DNA of 64,000 nucleotides from an uncultured Alistipes sp. (lineage in GTDB: Bacteria; Bacteroidota; Bacteroidia; Bacteroidales; Rikenellaceae): NCBI GenBank assembly GCA_944321955.1, contig CALUNG010000009.1, forward strand, positions 597 to 64,596, given 5' to 3'. The position numbers and the translations under genes are program-made. Positions within the stretch are counted from its first letter, which is position 1, and each line of letters begins with the position of its first letter. Below the pieces are notes generated by a model. That model was not told where the DNA came from and made no database searches. It saw only the letters and a list, made by a program, of their open reading frames with translations. Of this stretch, positions 11,301 through 18,957 are shown in pieces.

Positions 11301-12280
11301 CCCAGGCCCCGGGAACCGGTCTCGGTCTGTTGCAGTCGAAGCGTTTCGCGCTGATGCTCGGCGGGGATGTGACCTTCACCTCGCAGGAGGGCAAGGGCTC
11401 GACCTTTACGCTGACACTTCGGCGCAGCGATGCGGCACAGCAACCGGAATGCGAACATGATGAACATGACGGCCGTGAGGCAGATGCCTCGGAGATTCCG
11501 ACACGCGATACGATACTCGTGGTCGACGACAACGAGGGGTTGCGTCAGTTCCTGTATGAGATCTTCTCGCCGGAATACCGTGTCGTACTGCGCAGCGATG
11601 CCGTTTCGGCTCTCAAGTATCTCGAAACGGATTACCCGAGCATTATCCTGTCGGACGTGATGATGATCGGCATGCAGGGGGACGAGATGTGCCGGTTGAT
11701 AAAGAACAATCCGGTTACGGCCGGCATACCGGTGTTGCTGCTTACGGCCAAATCCAACAGCAAGTCGATAATCGAAGGGCTGGAGATGGGAGCCGACGAC
11801 TATATAGCCAAACCGTTCGATGTGGCTGTACTCAAGGCCAAGGTCCATATGCATATCGCCAACCGTCACCGGCTGCATCAATATTACAGCAAAATTGCGC
11901 TGAACCGCAATGACGATAATCAGGTCGACCAGCAGGATTCGGACATACGCCCGAACGAAGCCGACTGTGATTTCGTGAAGAAGGCGCGCCTCATAGTTGA
12001 ACAGCATCTCGGTGATCCCGATTTCGACATAAAGCACCTGTGCCGTGAGATGGCGATGTGCCGTACTCTCTTCTATGAACGGTTGAAGACGCTTATGGGC
12101 CAGACACCGCAGGAGTTCATACGCATGATACGTCTCGACCATGCCGAGATGTTGCTGTCGCAGGGAGAACCGGTTGTGGATGTTGCCGCCAGGACGGGAT
12201 TCGTCAACGTAAAGTATTTCAGTACCGTATTCAAGAAACATTACGGGGTGCCTCCGAGCAGGTATCACGCGAAACGATAG
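8369..12280 (+). CDS. Hybrid two-component system regulator (periplasmic beta-propeller/Y_Y_Y, HisKA, HATPase, REC, AraC HTH)
   Basis: Signal peptide, propeller repeats (W.AT..G), YKNLPPGDYVFRV, TM, AHDIRTPL, GIGIS/GTGLGL, VVDDN...ILSDVMM, AraC tail (GFVNVKYFSTVFKKHYG). Confidence 0.96.
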   Translation: MRQRIITSILLAAGLFAGLVRSVAAVPGSGYTVKSMGVAEGLGSQRAYKVCCDSDGALWVATIDGVDRWNGRTMKHYDLESNMKFSDASGRTISLAFDVGHRLHAYDNAGRIYRFDAMSDRFELYINIAEYEGDGLTVNSVCFDSRSKLWIGLSNGACRLDPETHELRWIVRDVFVTDVIELPHGMAVASTHGIHIFTREGTPLHRLCENVYMQSLYVMPDDGLLFAGTFSNGLRVIDLATYRVLDIPQLDLLPHTPVRSMLAQDESTLLAGFDGDGVYAVDLQTWRIAPQFTKANGLLNAMGVYSMCLDGEDDVWVATYTGGVTMLSREDHPVLLLQQPAEGIDGLSDNNVNSLVETSPGELWIATDDGVSVFDISDNSWRHILKGCVCLGITHDRKRGRVAVATYGNGVYVYDTALHRLAHYNSENSPMLSSYVPAVQYDGSGSLWVAQLDDDAMLLEWPSNRWRRLDVPKVRCLCEHGDSIMAAGMVDGIALIDKHTGEVRRRIDAVALAGHDVNTFVHAMAFVDEEHLWLGSDGGGLYLFNLDTGGFEQVTTENRLPSNRIYALVVDRNRNMWIGTDHGLSCMAAESDMSLYNLNYRREMRRSFNRSAACLLSDGRIAMGSTSGLLIFSPGISLSGHEPHVLRFTDFRIDNISSDEERKMLSEWNRMLEAGSVELSHRHNSFSVDIESICYRYSDDLAYRYCLEGFDNDWSPLSRNEHVQYKNLPPGDYVFRVRSYSINSGMQLDERNVGISIRYPWWLRWWAWIVYGLIVAVAVRSLWRYKRRKLQMRYMNEKMDFFVSIAHDIRTPLTLVKAPLDILDMDRNLDREARHQVGLARRNLHKLLEMLSQLFEVERMEHFNARPQCEAVSLGRVIDDMVTAFVPLCQHEGVELKVGDVPDGLYVEADVTLLNRILNNLLSNAVKYTPSGGRVRIFVEESRHTVRISVEDNGIGISDNEQQRLFTSFFRASNAINSQAPGTGLGLLQSKRFALMLGGDVTFTSQEGKGSTFTLTLRRSDAAQQPECEHDEHDGREADASEIPTRDTILVVDDNEGLRQFLYEIFSPEYRVVLRSDAVSALKYLETDYPSIILSDVMMIGMQGDEMCRLIKNNPVTAGIPVLLLTAKSNSKSIIEGLEMGADDYIAKPFDVAVLKAKVHMHIANRHRLHQYYSKIALNRNDDNQVDQQDSDIRPNEADCDFVKKARLIVEQHLGDPDFDIKHLCREMAMCRTLFYERLKTLMGQTPQEFIRMIRLDHAEMLLSQGEPVVDVAARTGFVNVKYFSTVFKKHYGVPPSRYHAKR

Positions 12281-12283
12281 TTA

Positions 12284-12339
12284 ACAAACCAACAATGTAA
12301 GCAATCAAACCCGCTTGTGCGTGTCAGGAAATATCTTTG
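12284..12339 (+). promoter_or_regulatory. GH5-GH3 promoter: -7 box TATCTTTG with putative HTCS operator ACAAACC-N14-TCAAACC
   Basis: ACAAACC AACAATGTAAGCAA TCAAACC-N20-TATCTTTG (12332-12339); mirrors the susC promoter. Confidence 0.7.
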
Positions 12340-12364
12340 TGGCATGACTGTAAAAAACTGACCT

Positions 12365-13876
12365 ATGATGAAAAGATCTTTCCTGAATTTGTTTTTGCTG
12401 TTTGTTGCAAGCCCCGTGTGCGGCAGCTGCTCGACGGACAATACTGCGGCGACTGCGGCAGGACTTGCCGTAAGGCAGGTTACCGCCTATACATTGCCGG
12501 CCGATGGCGGTGAGGTAGGCATTACGTGCTGTTCCAATCTGGAGGTGACGGCACAGAGTGACCAGACTTGGCTGGTCGAGACGAATGTCGCAAGAGAGGA
12601 CAATCTTACGACATTTACCTTTACGGCCGACGAAAACGGCGAAACGGCGCGTGAGGCGACCGTAACGCTCATGTCGGGTGACGAAAAGGTTTCCGTTGCC
12701 ATAAAGCAGCAGCGCCGGTATGTCCAGCCCTCCATTCCGTCGACATCGGCGACCGCCTTTGCCATGAGTCTCACTCCCGGATGGAATCTCGGCAACCAGC
12801 TTGATGCCCACAACAACGGTGTGGCCAATGAGACGGCATGGGGGAACATGGCGGCTACGCAGACGCTTTTCAATCAACTGAAACGCAAGGGATTCAAGTC
12901 GGTGCGCATACCTGTGACATGGATGGGACGTACGGGCGATGCTCCCGACTACATGATCGATGAGGCGTGGATGGACCGGGTGGAGCAGGTCGTGGGTTAC
13001 GCACAAAAGTGCGGCATGAACGCCATAATCAACATCCATCATGACGGATACGGCAACCAATATTGGCTGAACATCGAGAAGGCATCGACTGACGAGGCCT
13101 ATAACGAAGAGGTCAAGGCCCGGCTGCGTGCAATATGGAGCCAGATAGCCGAACGTTTCAAGGATACGGACGACTTTCTCGTCTTCGAGATGCTGAACGA
13201 GATTCAGGACGGTGCGTGGGGTAACGGCGGCAATCTTAATGACGGCGGCCGACAGTATTCGGTACTGAACGAGTGGAATCAGGTTGCGGTCGATGCCGTG
13301 CGGGCAGTCGGCGGCAAGAATGCGACGCGCTATCTGGCGGTAGCGGGGTACAGTGCCAATCCTCAGTTGACGATCGGCCATCTGGAACTTCCGAACGATA
13401 CGGCCGAAGGCCGACTGCTGGTATCGGTTCACAGCTATGATCCCTCGGATTTTGCCCTCAATGCCAAATATACCGAATGGGGACATACGGCCGATCCGAA
13501 CAAAAAGGCATCGTGGGGTGACGAAGATTTCATCCGCGGCATGTGCGCCGATCTGTACGACAAATACGTGTCGAAGGATATACCGGTCTATTTCGGCGAG
13601 TTCGGATGTGTTCACCGTGCGCAGGAGCGGGCCGAAAGTTTCCGCAAATACTATATCGAGTATTTCTGCAAGGCTGCCACAACGTACGGAATAGCCGCAT
13701 TCTATTGGGACAACGGCAACGCCGGTGTCGGCGAAGAGTGCTTCGGGGTGATCAACCATTCGACCGGAGCCTTCCTGAACAACGGTGAAGAGATCGTCGA
13801 TATCATCGTGAAGGCCTGCAGCAATGAAGATGAAGAGTATACGCTTGACAGCGTTTACGACAATGCACCGGAATAA
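12365..13876 (+). CDS. BACON domain + GH5 endoglucanase (GH5_4-like) lipoprotein
   Basis: Cys-containing signal (VCGSC); BACON-like N-terminus (SDQTWL...REATVTL..QQ); GWNLGN, VRIPVTW, FEMLNE (acid/base), YFGEFG (nucleophile). Confidence 0.9.
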   Translation: MMKRSFLNLFLLFVASPVCGSCSTDNTAATAAGLAVRQVTAYTLPADGGEVGITCCSNLEVTAQSDQTWLVETNVAREDNLTTFTFTADENGETAREATVTLMSGDEKVSVAIKQQRRYVQPSIPSTSATAFAMSLTPGWNLGNQLDAHNNGVANETAWGNMAATQTLFNQLKRKGFKSVRIPVTWMGRTGDAPDYMIDEAWMDRVEQVVGYAQKCGMNAIINIHHDGYGNQYWLNIEKASTDEAYNEEVKARLRAIWSQIAERFKDTDDFLVFEMLNEIQDGAWGNGGNLNDGGRQYSVLNEWNQVAVDAVRAVGGKNATRYLAVAGYSANPQLTIGHLELPNDTAEGRLLVSVHSYDPSDFALNAKYTEWGHTADPNKKASWGDEDFIRGMCADLYDKYVSKDIPVYFGEFGCVHRAQERAESFRKYYIEYFCKAATTYGIAAFYWDNGNAGVGEECFGVINHSTGAFLNNGEEIVDIIVKACSNEDEEYTLDSVYDNAPE

Positions 13877-13889
13877 ACGCTGGAATCAC

Positions 13890-16037
13890 ATGAAGAAGAC
13901 GTTATATTATCTGTTGGCTGTTGCAATGCTGGTGTCGTGCCGTCAGGGAGAGATACGGTACGACATGTCGCAGCAGGTAGAGAGTCTGCTGGATTCGATG
14001 ACCGTCGAAGAGAAGATCGGACAGATGATGAACTCCACGCCGGGCATCGAGCGGCTCGGCATCAAGCCTTACGACTGGTGGAACGAAGGCCTGCACGGTG
14101 TAGGCCGCAACGGCCGGGCTACGGTCTTTCCTCAGCCTGTCGGTCTGGCCGCCACGTTCGATACCGAACTGTTGCACGACATAGGCGATGCCATAGCCGA
14201 AGAGGCGCGTGCCAAGTTCAACGTGGCCCAGCGTCTCGGCAATTACGGCCGCAATGCCGGATTGACCTTCTGGTCTCCCAATGTCAACATCTTCCGCGAT
14301 CCGCGTTGGGGCCGCGGCATGGAGACATACGGCGAGGATCCCTATCTCACGGGAGTGTTGGGAACCTCTTTCGTAAAGGGAATGCAGGGTGACGATCCCC
14401 GTTATCTGAAGGTTGCCGCATGCGCCAAGCACTTTGCCGCGCATTCTGGACCGGAGGCTACCCGTCATGGGGCCGACGTCAACCCTCCGATGAAGGATCT
14501 GTTCGAGACGTATCTGCCGGCGTTCGAGATGCTTGTCAAGGATGCCAGAGTCGAGGCCGTCATGACGGCATACAATGCCGTATACGGGGACTGCTGTTCG
14601 GCCAGTCCTTTCCTGCTGCAGGACATACTGCGTAACAGGTGGCAGTTCAAGGGGCATATCGTCTCCGACTGCGATGCCGTCACCGACATATACAGCGGAC
14701 ATCACTGCACGCGATGCGAGATGGGCGCTGCCGTCATGGCGCTGAAGGCCGGACTGAATCTGGAGTGCGGCCGTACGTTGCGTACACTGACCGATGCCTA
14801 TGCTCTTCACCTGATCGACGAAGACGATCTCGACAACGCGCTGCGGCCGACTTTGCTGACACGTTTCAAACTCGGAATCATGCACGACGACCCGCAGTGT
14901 CCCTACAACGACATACCCGCAAGCCGCATAGGATGCCCCGAGCATCAGGCGCTGGCAAAACGTGCTGCCGTCGAGAGCATGGTGCTGTTGAAGAATGACG
15001 GCATACTGCCGCTGGACAAGAACATGCACCTGTTGAATCTCTCCGGAAGCGGCGCTACCGACATATTCTATCAGATGGGCAACTATTACGGTCTTAGCGA
15101 CAATTATAGTACCTATCTGCAGGGGATCGTCGGCAAGGTCAGCGACGGTACGAGTGTAACGTTCCGACCCGGTTTCCTGTTGGCCGATGCACCGCGCAAT
15201 GATATCAACTGGGCCGTAGGTGATGCGGCCGAGGCCGACGTTGCAGTCATCTTCATGGGCAATAACGGCAGTACCGAAGGCGAGGAGGGTGAATCGATAG
15301 CCAATCCGGCGCGAGGCGACCGTCTCGATCTGCGCCTGCCCGAATCGCAGATGAACTATCTGCGGGCTGTCAAGCAGTCGAAGGGTGACGGGATCGTCGT
15401 CGTGCTTACGGGCGGCGGCCCCATCGATCTGAGGGAGATTTGCGAGCTGGCCGATGCCGTAGTCATGACATGGTATTCCGGACAGGCCGGAGGCGAAGCG
15501 TTGGGCGATCTGCTCTTCGGCGATGCCAACTTCAGCGGGCGTCTTCCGGTTACATTCCCCGAGAAGGCCGAGGATCTGCCTCCGTTCGAGGATTACTCCA
15601 TGCACGAGAGGACATACAAATACATGACAGGCAATATTCTCTTCCCGTTCGGATACGGACTGAGTTACGGCCGTGTTGAATACGGCGACGCGACGGCGGT
15701 TGTCAACGAGGACCGTACGGTTACGGTCAGTGTGGAACTGGCGAATCGCGGGGAGTTCGATATCGATGAAACCGTACAGTTCTATCACTCTTCGCCTGCA
15801 GCCGGAAATGGTGCTCCCGTGTCGCAACTGGTGGCATTCAGCCGTGAAAGGGTCCTGGCCGGCGAGACGCGGCGCGTGACTGTACGTGTGCCTGTGGAAC
15901 GTTTCGAGACGGTGCTTGACGATGGCAGCAAGAGATTGCTCGAAGGGGTTCATACGTTGCATGTATGTTCTGCTGCACCGACGTACCGCAGTGAGGCTCT
16001 CGGAACATACGACATAGAGATTCCGCTCGGGTTGTAG
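13890..16037 (+). CDS. GH3 beta-glucosidase/beta-xylosidase
   Basis: Start moved to MKKTLYY (13890), after the GH5 stop; lipobox LVSC; WWNEGLHG, DPRWGRGMETYGEDP, KHF, IVSDC nucleophile, Fn3-like tail. Confidence 0.93.
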   Translation: MKKTLYYLLAVAMLVSCRQGEIRYDMSQQVESLLDSMTVEEKIGQMMNSTPGIERLGIKPYDWWNEGLHGVGRNGRATVFPQPVGLAATFDTELLHDIGDAIAEEARAKFNVAQRLGNYGRNAGLTFWSPNVNIFRDPRWGRGMETYGEDPYLTGVLGTSFVKGMQGDDPRYLKVAACAKHFAAHSGPEATRHGADVNPPMKDLFETYLPAFEMLVKDARVEAVMTAYNAVYGDCCSASPFLLQDILRNRWQFKGHIVSDCDAVTDIYSGHHCTRCEMGAAVMALKAGLNLECGRTLRTLTDAYALHLIDEDDLDNALRPTLLTRFKLGIMHDDPQCPYNDIPASRIGCPEHQALAKRAAVESMVLLKNDGILPLDKNMHLLNLSGSGATDIFYQMGNYYGLSDNYSTYLQGIVGKVSDGTSVTFRPGFLLADAPRNDINWAVGDAAEADVAVIFMGNNGSTEGEEGESIANPARGDRLDLRLPESQMNYLRAVKQSKGDGIVVVLTGGGPIDLREICELADAVVMTWYSGQAGGEALGDLLFGDANFSGRLPVTFPEKAEDLPPFEDYSMHERTYKYMTGNILFPFGYGLSYGRVEYGDATAVVNEDRTVTVSVELANRGEFDIDETVQFYHSSPAAGNGAPVSQLVAFSRERVLAGETRRVTVRVPVERFETVLDDGSKRLLEGVHTLHVCSAAPTYRSEALGTYDIEIPLGL

Positions 16038-16060
16038 TCCCGCGAATAGACAAATAGACA

Positions 16061-17374
16061 TCATGCGATCTTCAGTGTAAAAGTCACCTTCTTGTCGGTG
16101 TTGCAACTCAGATAGAGCGAGCCTCCGTGCATCTGTACTATTCGCCTTGAAATACTCAATCCGATACCCGAGCCGTCGGGTTTTGTCGAGAAGAACGGGG
16201 TAAAGATGTTTTCTGCGATGTCAGTCGGTATTGCTCCGCCATTGTTGCTGAATTCGATGGTTACGTTCTCGGACGGGTCTATGCGTGACCGGATCTCTAT
16301 GCGGCCGTCCTGACGGTGTGATACGGCCTCGCATGCATTCTTTATCAGGTTGACGGCAACCTGACCCATTAGTGTCTTGTCGGCATAGATCATCGTGTCG
16401 ACAGGATCTACATCCACGCTTATGTCTATGTCTGCCTTGTTCGTACCACTCAGGATTACGGCCTGATTCAGCAGTTCGGTTACCTCGAACGGCTCCTTGT
16501 GCGGTTCGGGAATGCGGGTGAAGCGTCGGAAACTCTCGACGAACATTGTCAGGCGCCGGCTTGTCGCCGATATGGTCTCGAGACCGCGTTCGATCTCCGC
16601 GTCGAGAGGCTTGTCCGTGCGCAGCAGGGTATCGCTCAATGATGTTATCGGAGCCAGAGAGTTCATTATTTCATGTGTCAGTATGCGGGTCAGTTTGCTC
16701 CATGACTCTATCTGCACCTGATTGATCTCGCTGTTGATGTCGCTTACCGAGACGACGCGCAGACGTTGTTGGTCGAGCATTATTTCGGAGCATCCGAGCG
16801 CCAGCGATATCTCGCCCGTTTCGGTAATGCACGATGCATGAAGTCGGTCTCCCGGGCGTATCGTCATCAAAGCCTTGCATATGTCTGGAGCCATGGTCTC
16901 GAGTTGCCGTATGTGGGTCATGCGCTGCAGTCCGAAGATACGCAGAGCCTCGTCGTTTGCCTGATAGACGCTGCCGGCGTCGTTGATGGTTATGATACCG
17001 GTACGTGCACATTCCATTATGAGTTGATAGTAGCGTTCACGTTCCTCGGCCTGTAGCTTTGCGTGCTGCAGTATCTCCTTTATGCGGTTCAGCGCTGCAT
17101 TCAACGGAGGAATGTCCGCCGTCGCCGGATTCTCGTTGAATCGGAACGAGAGGTCGTCGCTGTCGATGGCGTTGAACATGAAGGTGACGCGTCGTATGGT
17201 GTTGCCGTACAGCCGCAGAATGCGATATACGGCAAATATTACTATAGGTATGCAGACTGCTGCGATATGGTATATGCCTTTTGCCGCCAGCCACCCGCCG
17301 GCGACCGACGCGAGAACGGCCACTACGGCGTATGAGGCGGTCGGGGCATACGATATGTTGCTGAGCCGTTTCAT
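16061..17374 (-). CDS. Sensor histidine kinase (2 TM, PAS, HisKA, HATPase)
   Basis: Start MKRLS (17374) overlaps the RR stop as ATGA; THEIMNSL, NLIKNA, NNGGAI, PFFSTKPDGSGIGL. Confidence 0.93.
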   Translation of the reverse strand: MKRLSNISYAPTASYAVVAVLASVAGGWLAAKGIYHIAAVCIPIVIFAVYRILRLYGNTIRRVTFMFNAIDSDDLSFRFNENPATADIPPLNAALNRIKEILQHAKLQAEERERYYQLIMECARTGIITINDAGSVYQANDEALRIFGLQRMTHIRQLETMAPDICKALMTIRPGDRLHASCITETGEISLALGCSEIMLDQQRLRVVSVSDINSEINQVQIESWSKLTRILTHEIMNSLAPITSLSDTLLRTDKPLDAEIERGLETISATSRRLTMFVESFRRFTRIPEPHKEPFEVTELLNQAVILSGTNKADIDISVDVDPVDTMIYADKTLMGQVAVNLIKNACEAVSHRQDGRIEIRSRIDPSENVTIEFSNNGGAIPTDIAENIFTPFFSTKPDGSGIGLSISRRIVQMHGGSLYLSCNTDKKVTFTLKIA

Positions 17375-18726
17375 AATCCGTAGCGTTTTATCTTGTTGTA
17401 GAGGGTCTGTCGGGTGATGCCGAGTTGTCGGGCCACTTCGGTCATGTTGCCGTTGCAACGCTCCATGGCCTGAGCGATCATTGATCTCTCCATGTCGTCG
17501 AGAGTGGCGAAATCGGCATTCTGCTGTGGCATCTGTACCGGTCGCAGCAGCAGGGTATCGGTCGATATCGATTTGGAGTCGCACAGTATGACGGCCTTCT
17601 CGATGGTGTGCTGCAGTTCGCGTATGTTTCCGGGCCACGGATATTTAAGCATCTCGGTCTCGGCTGCCTTGTCGAAGCCTTCGATCTCCTTGCCGTACTT
17701 CGATGCGTACTGCTTCAGAAATGTCTCGGCCAACGGCAATATGTCGTCGTGACGTTGACGCAGCGGCGGCAGGTCTATATGTATGGTGTTGATGCGGTAG
17801 AGCAGGTCTTCGCGGAAAAGTCCCTGCTTTACCATCTCGTACAGGTTGCGGTTGGTCGCCGATATGAGCCTGATGTCCACGTCGATGGGAGTGTTGCTGC
17901 CGACACGTACGACTCGTCCGCTCTGCAGCACGGTCAGCAGTTTGGATTGCAGATGCAGTGGCAGGTTGCCTATCTCGTCGAGAAAGAGCGTGCCGCCGTT
18001 TGCCACCTCGAACTTTCCGGCACGGTCGCTGCGGGCGTCGGTGAAGGCACCCTTCACGTGTCCGAAGAGTTCGCTTTCGAACAGGGTTTCGGGAATGGCT
18101 CCCATGTCGACCGATACCATCAGTTCGTTCCTGCGGGGCGAACGGTTGTGTATTTCGCGGGTAAGCATCTCCTTGCCCGTGCCGTTCTCGCCGGTTATGA
18201 GTATGTTCGCGTCGGTGGCCGCAACCTTCTCGACCAGTTCGCGTATGCGCATCATGGCGGGACTCGTTCCCCAGAACATGGGCGCCTCCTGCGTCAGCTC
18301 GCGTTTTATCTCCTTCAGGCGTTTCACCTCGCGTTGCGAACGTGCGAGGGTGCAGGCATTGCGCAGGGCCGCCACAAGTCGGTCGTTGTCCCACGGCTTG
18401 ACCACGAAGTCGACGGCGCCGTCGCGCATGGCCCGGACAGCCAGGTCGATGTCTGCATAGGCCGTAAAGAGTACCACCTTGACATCGGGACGGCATCGGC
18501 GTATCTCCTGCAGCCAGTAGAATCCCTCGTTGCCGTTGTTTATTCCCGCCTTGAAGTTCATGTCGAGCAGAACGACGTCCACCGGTTCCGAGCGCAGCGT
18601 GGAGATTAGCTGGTTCGGAGACGGAAGCGTCAGTACGCGTTCGAAATATTTGTCGAGCAGCAGTTGCAGAGCCGCAAGTATGCTGCGGTTGTCGTCGACA
18701 ATGAGCAGTGTTCCCTCTTTGGCCAT
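17371..18726 (-). CDS. NtrC-family sigma54-interacting response regulator (REC-AAA+-Fis HTH)
   Basis: Start MAKEG; LIVDD, LLDMN, GENGTGKE, ELFGHVKGAFTDA, LFLDEIG, WPGNIREL, C-terminal HTH LGITRQTLYNK. Confidence 0.95.
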   Translation of the reverse strand: MAKEGTLLIVDDNRSILAALQLLLDKYFERVLTLPSPNQLISTLRSEPVDVVLLDMNFKAGINNGNEGFYWLQEIRRCRPDVKVVLFTAYADIDLAVRAMRDGAVDFVVKPWDNDRLVAALRNACTLARSQREVKRLKEIKRELTQEAPMFWGTSPAMMRIRELVEKVAATDANILITGENGTGKEMLTREIHNRSPRRNELMVSVDMGAIPETLFESELFGHVKGAFTDARSDRAGKFEVANGGTLFLDEIGNLPLHLQSKLLTVLQSGRVVRVGSNTPIDVDIRLISATNRNLYEMVKQGLFREDLLYRINTIHIDLPPLRQRHDDILPLAETFLKQYASKYGKEIEGFDKAAETEMLKYPWPGNIRELQHTIEKAVILCDSKSISTDTLLLRPVQMPQQNADFATLDDMERSMIAQAMERCNGNMTEVARQLGITRQTLYNKIKRYGL

Positions 18727-18819
18727 GGATATCGTGTTGTTTAAGTTGTGTTTACGGCCGTGCGTGCAGGCCCTTACGGACCATAAAATTAATGTATAAA
18801 TACCGGAAACCTTCAGCGT

Positions 18820-18857
18820 TGTCAATGTTTTTTACGCGAGTGTAAAAATATTTTACA
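18820..18857. promoter_or_regulatory. Tandem palindromic upstream activator sites (bEBP UAS)
   Basis: TGTAAAA-N3-TTTTACA (18841-18857, perfect) and TGTCAAT-N3-TTTTACG (18820-18836), 21 bp apart, about 90-110 bp upstream of the predicted TSS. Confidence 0.6.
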
Positions 18858-18892
18858 TCTTGAAGATCTGGCGCTAAATGTATATTATTGAT

Positions 18893-18905
18893 AATCAATA
18901 TTTTG
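18893..18905 (+). promoter_or_regulatory. IHF-like binding site
   Basis: AATCAATATTTTG is an exact WATCAANNNNTTR match, between the UAS and the -24/-12 site. Confidence 0.45.
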
Positions 18906-18912
18906 TTGTGTT

Positions 18913-18928
18913 TGGCATAAGGTTGGCA
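18913..18928 (+). promoter_or_regulatory. sigma54 (-24/-12) promoter for TolC operon
   Basis: TGGCATAAGGTTGGCA: GG(18914-15)-N10-GC(18926-27); adjacent to a bEBP gene. Confidence 0.65.
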
Positions 18929-18957
18929 TGAAATAGAGTCGAAAAGTGCAAAAGTAT

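Noticed and set aside
13824-13889. N-terminal extensions given by the ORF track (GH3, HK, RR, permeases, glpF/C/A, dxr, M23, nucleotidyltransferase)
   Set aside because: They overlap upstream genes or promoters and precede the evident signal peptide or first conserved motif; starts were trimmed.
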